From: Candidatus Pseudomonas phytovorans | Lineage (GTDB): Bacteria; Pseudomonadota; Gammaproteobacteria; Pseudomonadales; Pseudomonadaceae | Assembly: GCA_029202525.1 (NCBI GenBank) | Contig: CP119325.1 | Span: 5,809,258 to 5,873,257, forward strand | Direction of reading: 5' to 3' | DNA length: 64,000 nucleotides | In this document: one piece after another, positions 29,026-37,857 of the stretch | How the letters are laid out: every line of letters begins with the position of its first letter | How positions within the stretch are numbered: position 1 is the first letter of the stretch | Program-made: the position numbers and the translations under genes | The notes under the pieces: model-generated | The model's input: the letters and a program-made list of their open reading frames with translations, nothing else | Told to the model about the DNA's origin: nothing | Database searches by the model: none

Positions 29026-30206
29026 GCAACCATGAACTCCCGGCCTCTTACCTGGATGGGCAGGACGACCAGGCGGTGTTCCGCGCCGGCCGCATCATCA
29101 CTATTTGTGCGCTGATGCTGGCGGCGTTCCTGGCATGGGCGGCCTGGTTCGAGGTGACCGAAGTGTCCACCGGCACCGGCAAGGTGATCCCCAGTTCGCG
29201 CGAACAGGTCATCCAGTCGTTCGAGGGGGGCATCGTCGCGCAGATGAGCGTGGCCGAAGGCGACCTGGTCGAACGCGGCCAGGTGCTGGCCCAGCTCGAC
29301 CCGACCAAGACTGCCTCCAGTGTCGGCGAGAGCGACGCCAAGTACCGCGCTGCCAAGGCCAGCCAGGCCCGCTTGCAGGCAGAGGTGACCGGCAAGCCGC
29401 TGGTCTTCCCGGACAGCCTGCGCGACTCACCCGACCTGATTGACGCCGAAACCGCCTTGTACCAGACCCGCCGTCGCGGCCTGGAGCAGACCCTGGCGGG
29501 TATTCAGGACTCGCTGCAACTGGTGCGCAGCGAGCTGAAGATTACCGAGAACCTGGCCAAGATGGGCGCCTCCAGCCGGGTCGAAGTGATCCGCCTGAAC
29601 CGCCAGCGTTCGGAGCTGGAGCTCAAGGCCAACGAAGCCCGCTCCGATTACCTGGTGCGTGCCCGGGAAGAACTGGCCAAGGCCAGCGCTGAAGCCGACA
29701 GCCTGTCGGAAGTGGTGCGCGGGCGCAGCGATTCGCTTACCCGCCTGACCCTGCGCTCGCCGGTGCGTGGCATCGTCAAAGACATCGAGGTCAATACCCT
29801 GGGCGGCGTGGTGCAGCCTGGTGGCCAAGTGATGAAGATCGTGCCGATGGACGAACGCCTGCTGATCGAAACCCGCATCGCCCCACGGGACATCGCCTTC
29901 ATCCACCCGGACCAGGCTGCCAAGGTCAAGATCAGTGCCTACGACTACTCGGTGTATGGCGGGTTGGAGGGCAAGGTGGTGGGGATTTCGCCGGATACGC
30001 TGCAAGATGAAGTGAAACCGGAAATCTACTACTACCGGGTGTTCATCCGTACCGAACAGGACAGTTTGCAGAACAAGGCCGGCAAGCATTTTGCGATCGT
30101 GCCGGGGATGATTGCCACGGTGGATATCCGCACCGGGGAGAAGACCATCCTCGATTACCTGATCAAGCCGCTGAACCGGGCCAAGGAGGCCCTGCGCGAA
30201 CGCTGA
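29022..30206 (+). CDS. lapJ: HlyD-family membrane fusion protein of the T1SS
   Basis: 394 aa with an ATGA overlap on the upstream gene. It has one N-terminal TM segment, a long coiled-coil region and the HlyD-type C-terminus ...ILDYLIKPLNRAKEALRER. Confidence 0.9.
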   Translation: MSNHELPASYLDGQDDQAVFRAGRIITICALMLAAFLAWAAWFEVTEVSTGTGKVIPSSREQVIQSFEGGIVAQMSVAEGDLVERGQVLAQLDPTKTASSVGESDAKYRAAKASQARLQAEVTGKPLVFPDSLRDSPDLIDAETALYQTRRRGLEQTLAGIQDSLQLVRSELKITENLAKMGASSRVEVIRLNRQRSELELKANEARSDYLVRAREELAKASAEADSLSEVVRGRSDSLTRLTLRSPVRGIVKDIEVNTLGGVVQPGGQVMKIVPMDERLLIETRIAPRDIAFIHPDQAAKVKISAYDYSVYGGLEGKVVGISPDTLQDEVKPEIYYYRVFIRTEQDSLQNKAGKHFAIVPGMIATVDIRTGEKTILDYLIKPLNRAKEALRER

Positions 30207-30229
30207 CCCGCATTTCTGGCAAACGCTGG

Positions 30230-30355
30230 CCCCTGTAGGAGCGGCCTTGTGTCGCGAAAGGGCTGCAAAGCAGCCCCGTCAATGTGTGTGTCTGTGCTGA
30301 AACCCCCGGGGCTGCTTTGCAGCCCTTTCGCGACACAAGGCCGCTCCTACAGGGG
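30230..30355. repeat. perfect 49-bp inverted repeat (second REP-like family), probable terminator of the lapF-HIJ operon
   Basis: The left arm 30230-30278 (ccccctgtaggagcggccttgtgtcgcgaaagggctgcaaagcagccccg-type) is the exact reverse complement of the right arm 30307-30355. Loop is 28 nt. Each arm contains ggctgc-aaa-gcagcc. Confidence 0.85.
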
Positions 30356-30394
30356 GCTGCGCAGTCTTCTCGATCGGTGACAGCACTCGCGGCC

Positions 30395-30421
30395 TAAAGC
30401 CCAGCCCGAACAGGCCGATAA
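30395..30421 (+). promoter_or_regulatory. FliA (sigma-28) promoter of cheV
   Basis: TAAAGCCC-N11-GCCGATAA matches TAAAGTTT-N11-GCCGATAA with exact spacing and a perfect -10. It ends 32 nt upstream of the cheV ATG. Confidence 0.65.
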
Positions 30422-30453
30422 CCGGTTATCCCCTGTTCCCCACGAAGGTCACC

Positions 30454-31353
30454 ATGGCCACGCAAAATGCCCGCGCGGACTCGCTGTCCCTGCTGCTGTT
30501 CACCCTGCGCAGCGGCAAGTTGATGGCAATCAACCTGCTCAAGGTCAGCGAAATCATCCCCTGCCCGCCGCTGACCAAGCTGCCGGAATCGCACCCCAAC
30601 GTGAAAGGCGTGGCGACCCTGCGCGGCCATTCGCTGTCGGTCATCGACCTGTCCCGCGCCATTGGCGAGCAGCCACTGGCCGACCCACGGGGCGGTTGCC
30701 TGATCGTCACCGAGATCAGCCGCTCGCGCCAGGGTCTGCATGTGCAGGCGGTCAGTCGCATCGTGCATTGCCTGAGCACCGACATCAAACCGCCACCCTT
30801 TGCGTCGGGCAACCGCTCGTTCATCACCGGCGTGACCCGGGTCGACAACACGCTGGTGCAGGTTTTGGACATCGAAAAAGTCATCCATTCCATCGCCCCA
30901 CCGCTGGCCGAGCCGCCGCACGGTGCCTTGAGCGAAGAAGACGCCAGCCTGCTCGCTGCCGCCAATATCCTGGTGGTGGACGATAGCCAGGTGGCCTTGC
31001 AGCAGTCGGTGCACACCTTGCGCAATCTGGGTATCGAGTGCCATACCGCGCGCAGCGCCAAAGATGCCATCAACGTGTTGCTGGAGCTGCAAGGCACCGC
31101 GCAGGCGATCAACATCATCGTTTCCGACATCGAAATGAGCGAGATGGACGGCTACGCCTTCACCCGCACCTTGCGCGAAACCCCCGATTTCCAGCACCTG
31201 TACGTGCTGCTGCACACCTCGCTGGACAGCGCCATGAGCAGCGAGAAGGCAACCCAGGCCGGGGCCAATGCCATCCTCACCAAGTTCTCCTCGCCAGAGC
31301 TGACCGATTGTCTGGTGGTGGCCGCACGCACCGTGGTGTTTGCCGAGCACTGA
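30454..31353 (+). CDS. cheV: chemotaxis protein CheV (CheW-like domain + receiver domain)
   Basis: 299 aa. The N-terminal half is CheW-like (LLLFTLRSGKLMAINLLKVSEI...). The C-terminal half is a receiver (ILVVDDS ... SDIEMSEMDGY ... LTK). Confidence 0.9.
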   Translation: MATQNARADSLSLLLFTLRSGKLMAINLLKVSEIIPCPPLTKLPESHPNVKGVATLRGHSLSVIDLSRAIGEQPLADPRGGCLIVTEISRSRQGLHVQAVSRIVHCLSTDIKPPPFASGNRSFITGVTRVDNTLVQVLDIEKVIHSIAPPLAEPPHGALSEEDASLLAAANILVVDDSQVALQQSVHTLRNLGIECHTARSAKDAINVLLELQGTAQAINIIVSDIEMSEMDGYAFTRTLRETPDFQHLYVLLHTSLDSAMSSEKATQAGANAILTKFSSPELTDCLVVAARTVVFAEH

Positions 31354-31370
31354 TATATTAAGCGACAAAC

Positions 31371-31391
31371 TCCCCGGCTTGCCGCCGGGGA
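31371..31391 (+). terminator. weak stem-loop after cheV (no T-run)
   Basis: tccccggc-ttgcc-gccgggga, 18 nt after the cheV stop. It lacks a U-tract, so terminator function is uncertain. Confidence 0.3.
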
Positions 31392-31441
31392 TGAGTCGGG
31401 CATAATTCGCGCCCCTCGCAAGCAACTTGCCGGAATCGCGT

Positions 31442-31753
31442 ATGAAGTTTTTCAGCTCTATCCTGATCACCTGCGCCCTCTTCAGCGGCGTCGCCCAGGC
31501 CTCCAGCAGCCAGGCCTGGAACGAGCAGCGCCAACAGATGCTCAAGGCCTGCCTGGCCGCCAGCCAGTTCAAAGATGCCCACGCCCGTGGCAAGCCCGCC
31601 GAATTCGATGACCAGGTCGGCATGAGCGCCCTGCTGGTCGAAGGCGTCTACCCGCAGAAGCACATGCAGCAACGCACCGGCACCGAGCTGTGCCTGTACG
31701 ACCGCCAGCACCAGCGTGCCTTCGTCAGCGAGTGGAGCCCGGAAGCCAAGTGA
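31442..31753 (+). CDS. small secreted protein of unknown function
   Basis: 103 aa from ATG 31442 (the track starts at TTG 31427). Signal peptide MKFFSSILITCALFSGVAQA; the mature part has two Cys. Its stop overlaps the next gene's GTG (GTGA). Confidence 0.6.
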   Translation: MKFFSSILITCALFSGVAQASSSQAWNEQRQQMLKACLAASQFKDAHARGKPAEFDDQVGMSALLVEGVYPQKHMQQRTGTELCLYDRQHQRAFVSEWSPEAK

Positions 31754-32484
31754 CCGACAGCCTGCGATTCGGCTGTACCGGCTGCGGCAAGTGCTGCACC
31801 GGGCACCATGTGCCCCTGACCCTGGACGAAGCTCGCCGCTGGGCCGATGGCGCGGGCCAGGTGATCGTACTGATCGAAGCCTTTGTGACCGATGGCCCTG
31901 GCATGCCGGCTGAGCAGCGCGAGCATGTGCTGCGCCGCTCGCATCCAGTGCGCTGCGGCGACGGCGAGGCTCGAGTGTCGGTGACCTTTGCCGCGTTCAA
32001 CCCCGGGCGCTGCCGCAACCTCGACGACAATGACCTGTGCACCATCTACGACCAGCGCCCGCTGGTGTGCCGCATCTACCCGGTGGAAATCAACCCGCAT
32101 ATTCCGCTGCGGCCGGACAGTAAAGACTGCCCGCCTGAAGCCTGGCAGCAGGGGCCGGAGCTGATTGTCGGCACGCAATTGGCCGATGCCGGGCTGGAGG
32201 CGCTGGTACAGGCCTCGCGTCAGGCTGACCGCGATGACATTGCTGCCAAGGTGGCGGTGTGTCAGGCGCTGGGCATGACAACCAGTGCGCTCAAGGGCAA
32301 CGGGTTTACTGCTTACTTGCCGGATATGGGCGCGTTTGCCACGGCGCTAGCGCAGGTGCAGGGGGATGACGGGGGGCAATGGACCTTGCATGTGGAAAAT
32401 GAGGCGCTGGTGGCGAGCTTGCAGGGGCATGGATTGCGCACTACCAACGAGACCCCGCTGTACTACGCCTTTATCGGGTTTTAG
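31750..32484 (+). CDS. YkgJ-family cysteine-cluster (Zn/Fe-chelating) protein
   Basis: CxxCxxCC motif (FGCTGCGKCC) and a distal ...LCTIYDQRPLVCRIYP motif. The GTG at 31750 is in frame and overlaps the upstream stop. The track start at 31690 lies inside the upstream gene. Confidence 0.75.
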   Translation: MTDSLRFGCTGCGKCCTGHHVPLTLDEARRWADGAGQVIVLIEAFVTDGPGMPAEQREHVLRRSHPVRCGDGEARVSVTFAAFNPGRCRNLDDNDLCTIYDQRPLVCRIYPVEINPHIPLRPDSKDCPPEAWQQGPELIVGTQLADAGLEALVQASRQADRDDIAAKVAVCQALGMTTSALKGNGFTAYLPDMGAFATALAQVQGDDGGQWTLHVENEALVASLQGHGLRTTNETPLYYAFIGF

Positions 32485-32514
32485 GTGAAGCATGGGCTTG
32501 CCTTGAGAGGTTGG

Positions 32515-32786
32515 GCGCCTGTGAGATCGAGCGCCGCCCGCGCGGCGCTTCGCGGGGCAAGCCCGCTCCCACATTTGTTGCAACGTGGCCATGCCTGTGG
32601 GACAGGCGTTGCCCGCTTTGGTGCATGCCTCAAGACAGGTGGAGCGGCAGCAGCGCCAGCCAAGAGATAGAGTCAGGCCAAAAGGGCTGACAACCATGGC
32701 CTATCAGGTTCGGCACGTTGCAACAAATGTGGGAGCGGGCTTGCCCCGCGAAGCGCCGCGCGGGCGGCGCTCGATCTCACAGGCGC
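32515..32786. repeat. 272-bp MITE-like element: perfect 73-bp inverted arms flanking a 126-bp core
   Basis: 32515-32587 (gcgcctgtgagatcgagcgccgcccgcgcggcgcttcgcggggcaagcccgctcccacatttgttgcaacgtg) is the exact reverse complement of 32714-32786. Each arm embeds a REP-like core. Confidence 0.9.
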
Positions 32787-32813
32787 TGAAAAACCCAAGC
32801 CATACACCCGAAA

Positions 32814-32829
32814 CTGACAGCGCTGTCAG
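32814..32829. promoter_or_regulatory. CusR/CopR-class response-regulator box candidate
   Basis: The perfect palindrome CTGACAG-CG-CTGTCAG resembles the CusR box core TGACAA-NN-TTGTCA. A TATAAG -10-like hexamer lies at 32863-32868, upstream of the MFP gene. Confidence 0.45.
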
Positions 32830-32908
32830 CCAGCGGTCACGCTGCCGACCCGGTTCGGGGGCTATAAGATGAAGTACAGACAACCGTTCCCTCTCCCCTC
32901 TGGCCAAG

Positions 32909-34084
32909 GTGCCCGCACCGATGCGACGTCCGTCCCGCTCTGTCATCCTCGCCGCCCTGGCGCTTCTGGTCCTGGTGGCAGCAGGCATCTGGTACAGCCA
33001 GCGCCAAGCCGCACCAGCCGCCCGCGCGCAAACCGCCGTACCGGTACGCGTGGTCAGCGTTGCCCAGCAGGATGTGCCGCGTTATGCCAGCGCCATCGGC
33101 TCGGTGTTGTCGTTGCACAGCGTCGAGGTGCGGCCACAAGTCGAGGGGATACTCACTCAGGTGTTGGTCAAGGAAGGCCAATGGGTCAAGGAAGGCGACC
33201 TGCTCGCCACCCTTGACGACCGTAGCATCCGCGCCAGCCTCGACCAGGCCCGCGCACAGCTCGGCCAGAGCCAGGCACAGATCCAGGTGGCCGGCGTCGA
33301 CCTCAAGCGCTACCGCCTGCTCAGCAGTGATGACGGTGTATCGAAGCAAACCCTTGACCAGCAACAGGCGCTGGTCAACCAGCTGCAGGCCACGGTCAAG
33401 GGCAACCAGGCGGCCATCGCCAATGCCGAGGTGCAACTGTCCTACACACAGATACGTTCACCGGTGACCGGGCGCGTCGGCATCCGCAATATCGACCCCG
33501 GCAACCTGGTACGCACCAGCGACACCCAAGGCCTGTTCAGCGTTACCCAGATCGACCCGATTGCCGTGGAGTTTTCGCTGCCGCAACAGATGCTGCCGAC
33601 CCTGCAAGGCCTGCTGAAGGCGCAAACCCCAGCGCTGGTCGAGGCCTACATGGATGCCGATGGCGAGCGCAACCTGCTGGGCGCAGGCCACCTTGCGCTG
33701 ATCGACAACCAGATTTCGGCCAACACCGGCACGGTGCGGGTCAAGGCCGAGTTCGACAACAAGGACGGCCTGCTGTGGCCGGGGCAACTGGTCACCGTAC
33801 GGTTGCGCACGGCGATGGACGAAGACGCCCTGGTGGTACCGCCGCCCGTGGTGCAACGCAGCATCGATGGCCACTTCGTCTATCGCGTCGACGGCGACAA
33901 GGTCACCAGCGTGCCGGTCAAGGTGCTGTACCAGGACAGCACGCTGAACATCGTCGCCGGGGTCAAGGCCGGGGACCAGCTGGTGCTCGATGGCCAGTCG
34001 CGCCTCAAACCCGGCTCCAGGGTCGAGATCACCCCTGATGCCCCGGCGCCTGCCGAAATGGCCGACCGCAGGAGCCAGCCATGA
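32909..34084 (+). CDS. RND efflux periplasmic adaptor (MFP), MdtA/MexM-like
   Basis: 391 aa from GTG 32909; the alternative ATG 32921 gives MRRPSRSVIL.... It has an N-terminal TM/signal anchor and the motif YTQIRSPVTGRVG. ATGA overlap with the RND gene. Confidence 0.88.
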   Translation: MPAPMRRPSRSVILAALALLVLVAAGIWYSQRQAAPAARAQTAVPVRVVSVAQQDVPRYASAIGSVLSLHSVEVRPQVEGILTQVLVKEGQWVKEGDLLATLDDRSIRASLDQARAQLGQSQAQIQVAGVDLKRYRLLSSDDGVSKQTLDQQQALVNQLQATVKGNQAAIANAEVQLSYTQIRSPVTGRVGIRNIDPGNLVRTSDTQGLFSVTQIDPIAVEFSLPQQMLPTLQGLLKAQTPALVEAYMDADGERNLLGAGHLALIDNQISANTGTVRVKAEFDNKDGLLWPGQLVTVRLRTAMDEDALVVPPPVVQRSIDGHFVYRVDGDKVTSVPVKVLYQDSTLNIVAGVKAGDQLVLDGQSRLKPGSRVEITPDAPAPAEMADRRSQP

Positions 34085-37000
34085 ACACCCGCAATGGCGT
34101 CTCGGCCTGGTGCATCGATCACCCCATCGCCACCCTGCTGCTGACCTTCGCCCTGGTGCTGCTGGGTGCCATCGCCTTCCCGCGGCTGCCCGTGGCGCCG
34201 CTGCCCGAGGCCGACTTCCCGACCATCCAGGTCACCGCCCAGCTGCCCGGGGCCAGCCCGGAAACCATGGCCTCGTCGGTGGCCACGCCGCTGGAAGTGC
34301 AATTCAGCGCCATCCCCGGCATGACCCAGATGACCAGCAGCAGTGCGCTGGGCTCGACCACGCTGATTCTGCAGTTCACCCTCGACAAGAACATCGACAC
34401 GGCCGCCCAGGAAGTGCAGGCGGCGATCAACACCGCCACCGCCCGCTTGCCCCAGGACCTGCCCAGCCCGCCCACGTGGCGCAAGGTCAACCCGGCCGAC
34501 AGCCCGGTGGTAATCCTCACCGTCAGCTCTGCACAAATGCCCGGCAACGAGCTCAGCGACTACGCCGAAACCCTCTTGGCCCGCCAGCTCAGCCAGATCG
34601 ACGGGGTCGGCCTGATCAACATCACCGGCCAACTGCGCCCGGCCATACGGGTACAGGCACAACCCGAGAAACTCGCGGCCATCGGCCTGACCCTGGCCGA
34701 CGTGCGCCTGGCCATCCAGCAGACCAGCCTGAACCTGGCCAAAGGCGCGTTGTACGGCGAGCACAGCGTGTCGACCATCGCCGCCAACGACCAGCTATTT
34801 CACCCCGAAGACTATGCCCAACTGATCGTCAGCTATCGCAATGGCGCCCCGGTGCACCTGAAAGACGTAGCCAGGGTGATCAACGGTGCCGAGAACGCGT
34901 ATGTAAGGGCCTGGTCGGGCAATCAGCCGGGGCTGAACCTGGTGATCTTCCGACAGCCCGGCGCCAATATCGTCGACACCGTGGACCGGGTGCTCGACGC
35001 CTTGCCGCGCTTGCAGGAAATGCTGCCGGCCTCAGTCGAAGTGTCGGTGCTGCAAGACCGCACCCAGACCATCCGCAGCTCGCTGCACGAGGTCGAGCTG
35101 ACCCTCATGATCGCGGTGGCGCTGGTGATCGGGGTAATGGCGCTGTTCCTGCGTCAGTGGTCGGCCACCTTCATTGTTTCCAGCGTGCTCGGCGTCTCGC
35201 TGATCGCCACGTGCGCGCTCATGTACGTGTTCGGTTTCAGCCTCAACAACCTGACCCTGGTGGCCATCGTCATTGCCGTCGGTTTCGTGGTGGATGACGC
35301 GATCGTCGTGGTGGAGAACATCCATCGCCATCTGGAAGCCGGCGACGATAGCCGCACTGCAGCGCTCAAAGGCGCCGGCGAGATCGGCTTCACCGTGGTG
35401 TCGATCAGTTTCTCGCTGATCGCCGCCTTCATTCCGCTGCTGTTCATGGGCGGTGTGGTGGGCCGGCTGTTCAAGGAGTTCGCCCTGACCGCCACGGCGA
35501 CCATCCTGATTTCGGTCGTGGTATCGCTGACCTTGGCCCCTACCCTTTCGGCGCTGTTCATGCGCCGCCCACCCGGCGACCACCAGGGCGGTTTCGGCCA
35601 GCGCCTGCTGGGTTGGTACGAAAAAGGCCTGGACCGCGCGCTGGCCCACCGGCGGATCACCCTGGGGGTGTTCGGCATCACCCTGGCGCTGGCCGTGGCC
35701 GGTTACGTGGGTATCCCCAAAGGCTTCTTCCCGCTGCAGGACACCGGCTTCATCCTCGGCACCACCGAGGCAGCGGCGGATGTGTCCTATCCGTCGATGA
35801 TCGAGAAGCACCTGGCGCTGGCGAAGATCATCGGTGACGACCCGGCAGTGCGCGCCTATTCGCACTCGGTGGGGGTGACCGGCAGCAACCAGACCATCGC
35901 CAACGGCCGGTTCTGGATCTCGCTCAAGCCCCGCGGCGAGCGCGATGTCTCGGCCAGCGAATGGATCGACCGGATCCGCCCGAAACTCGCCCAGGTGCCG
36001 GGCATCGTCCTGTACATGCGCGCCGGCCAGGACATCAACCTCAGCTCCGGCCCGTCACGCACCCAGTACCAGTACGTGCTCAAGAGCAACGACGGGGTCG
36101 CGCTCAACCTGTGGACCCAGCGCCTGACCGACCGCCTGCGGGAAAACCCGGCGCTGCGCGACCTGTCCAACGACCTGCAACTGGGCGCCAGCGTCACCCG
36201 CATCGATATCGACCGCCAAGCCGCAGCGCGTTTCGGCCTGACCACCACCGACGTCGACCAGGCCTTGTACGATGCCTTCGGCCAGCGCCAGATCAGCGAA
36301 TTCCAGACCGAGACCAACCAGTACAAGGTCATCCTCGAACTGGACGCACAACAACGTGGCAAGGCTGAAAGCCTCAATTTCTTCTACCTGCGCTCGCCAC
36401 TGACCAACGAGATGGTGCCGCTGTCGGCCCTGGCGCATGTCGCCGCGCCAAGCACCGGCCCGCTGTCGATAAGCCACGACGGCCTGTTCCCGGCCGCCAA
36501 CCTGTCGTTCAACCTGGCGCCCGGCGTGGCCTTGGGCGATGCGGTGCAGATCCTGGAGCGTGCGCAGCGCGAGCTGGGCATGCCCGACTCGATCACCGGC
36601 AATTTCCAGGGCGCCGCCCAGGCGTTCCAGAGCTCGCTGTCGAGCCAGCCCTACTTGATCCTTGCCGCGCTGGTGGCGGTGTACATCATCCTCGGCGTGC
36701 TCTACGAGAGTTTCGTCCACCCGCTGACCATTATCTCCACCCTGCCCTCTGCGGGCCTGGGCGCCATTATCCTGCTGTGGGCCAGCGGGCAGGATTTCAG
36801 CATCATGGGATTGATCGGCGTGGTGCTGCTGATCGGCATCGTCAAGAAGAATGGCATCTTGCTTATCGACTTCGCTCTCGAGGCCCAGCGCCATCACGGC
36901 ATGACGCCCGAGCAGGCGATACGCCAGGCCTGCCTGGTGCGCTTCCGCCCGATCATCATGACTACCCTGGCCGCGCTGCTCGGCGCAGTGCCGCTGATGT

Positions 37001-37173
37001 TCGGCTTTGGCACCGGCGCCGAGCTGCGCCAGCCACTGGGCATCGCGGTGGTTGGCGGCCTGCTGGTGAGCCAGGCGCTGACGCTGTTTACCACCCCGGT
37101 CATATACTTGGCCCTGGAGCGTCTGTTCCACCGCCGCCAGGCTGCCCGTGCGGCAGCGCCAAGTGCCAGCTAG
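34081..37173 (+). CDS. RND multidrug efflux permease (HAE1 type, MdtB/MdtC/MexN-like)
   Basis: 1030 aa with 12-TM topology. The N-terminal ...LPVAPLPEADFPTIQVTAQLPGASPETMASSVATPLE closely parallels MdtC and is unlike CzcA/CusA-type N-termini. Confidence 0.92.
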   Translation: MNTRNGVSAWCIDHPIATLLLTFALVLLGAIAFPRLPVAPLPEADFPTIQVTAQLPGASPETMASSVATPLEVQFSAIPGMTQMTSSSALGSTTLILQFTLDKNIDTAAQEVQAAINTATARLPQDLPSPPTWRKVNPADSPVVILTVSSAQMPGNELSDYAETLLARQLSQIDGVGLINITGQLRPAIRVQAQPEKLAAIGLTLADVRLAIQQTSLNLAKGALYGEHSVSTIAANDQLFHPEDYAQLIVSYRNGAPVHLKDVARVINGAENAYVRAWSGNQPGLNLVIFRQPGANIVDTVDRVLDALPRLQEMLPASVEVSVLQDRTQTIRSSLHEVELTLMIAVALVIGVMALFLRQWSATFIVSSVLGVSLIATCALMYVFGFSLNNLTLVAIVIAVGFVVDDAIVVVENIHRHLEAGDDSRTAALKGAGEIGFTVVSISFSLIAAFIPLLFMGGVVGRLFKEFALTATATILISVVVSLTLAPTLSALFMRRPPGDHQGGFGQRLLGWYEKGLDRALAHRRITLGVFGITLALAVAGYVGIPKGFFPLQDTGFILGTTEAAADVSYPSMIEKHLALAKIIGDDPAVRAYSHSVGVTGSNQTIANGRFWISLKPRGERDVSASEWIDRIRPKLAQVPGIVLYMRAGQDINLSSGPSRTQYQYVLKSNDGVALNLWTQRLTDRLRENPALRDLSNDLQLGASVTRIDIDRQAAARFGLTTTDVDQALYDAFGQRQISEFQTETNQYKVILELDAQQRGKAESLNFFYLRSPLTNEMVPLSALAHVAAPSTGPLSISHDGLFPAANLSFNLAPGVALGDAVQILERAQRELGMPDSITGNFQGAAQAFQSSLSSQPYLILAALVAVYIILGVLYESFVHPLTIISTLPSAGLGAIILLWASGQDFSIMGLIGVVLLIGIVKKNGILLIDFALEAQRHHGMTPEQAIRQACLVRFRPIIMTTLAALLGAVPLMFGFGTGAELRQPLGIAVVGGLLVSQALTLFTTPVIYLALERLFHRRQAARAAAPSAS

Positions 37174-37182
37174 GACAAGACC

Positions 37183-37857
37183 ATGCGTGTGCTGATCATC
37201 GAAGACGAAGAAAAAACCGCCGACTACCTGCATCGCGGCCTCACGGAACAAGGCTTTACCGTCGACCTTGCGCGCGACGGCATCGATGGCCTGCACCTGG
37301 CGCTGGAAGGCGACTACGCAGTGATCGTGCTGGATGTGATGCTGCCCGGCCTGGACGGTTACGGCGTGCTGCGCGCCCTGCGCGCGCGCAAGCAGACCCC
37401 GGTGATCATGCTCACCGCCCGCGAACGGGTCGAAGACCGCATCCACGGCCTGCGCGAGGGCGCCGACGACTACCTGGGCAAGCCGTTTTCGTTTCTTGAA
37501 CTGGTCGCACGCCTGCAGGCCCTGACCCGGCGCAGCAGCAGCCATGAACCGTTGCAGGTGCAGGTAGCCGATCTGTGGATCGACCTGATGGCGCGCAAAG
37601 CCACGCGGGCGGGCCAACGCCTGGAACTGACCGCCAAAGAGTTCTCGCTGCTCAGCGTGCTGGCCCGCCGACAGGGCGAAATCCTGTCGAAGACGGCGAT
37701 TGCCGAGCTGGTCTGGGACATCAACTTCGACAGCGATGCCAACGTCGTGGAGGTCGCGATCAAGCGCCTGCGCGCCAAGCTCGACGGGCCTTTCGACAAC
37801 AAACTGCTGCACACCATCCGAGGCATGGGCTATGTCCTGGAAAACCGTGCGGGGTAA
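37183..37857 (+). CDS. OmpR-family response regulator, heavy-metal (CusR/CopR) class
   Basis: 224 aa. Receiver (VLDVMLPGLDG) and winged helix ...VWDINFDSDANVVEVAIKRLRAKLD...IRGMGYVL, nearly the CusR signature. Confidence 0.9.
   Translation: MRVLIIEDEEKTADYLHRGLTEQGFTVDLARDGIDGLHLALEGDYAVIVLDVMLPGLDGYGVLRALRARKQTPVIMLTARERVEDRIHGLREGADDYLGKPFSFLELVARLQALTRRSSSHEPLQVQVADLWIDLMARKATRAGQRLELTAKEFSLLSVLARRQGEILSKTAIAELVWDINFDSDANVVEVAIKRLRAKLDGPFDNKLLHTIRGMGYVLENRAG

Noticed and set aside
30417-30430. Perfect 14-bp palindrome GATAACCGGTTATC as a dedicated operator.
   Set aside because: About four perfect 14-bp palindromes are expected by chance in 64 kb, and half of it is simply the FliA -10 (GCCGATAA). 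It is mentioned but not called as a site.
30394-31623. 409-aa ORF antisense to cheV. Similar antisense ORFs lie at 36055-38115 (686 aa), 49607-51166 (519 aa), 27820-29010, 46974-49220 and 58582-60003.
   Set aside because: Each lies opposite a well-supported gene, has Arg/Ala/Gly/His-rich composition and shows no motifs or RBS. These are typical GC-rich shadow ORFs.
32485-32872. ORFs of 61 and 95 aa (32485-32670, 32585-32872) spanning the MITE-like element.
   Set aside because: They are translated largely from the REP-derived inverted arms (Ala/Arg/Pro runs). They have no RBS, and the palindromic DNA explains the open frames.
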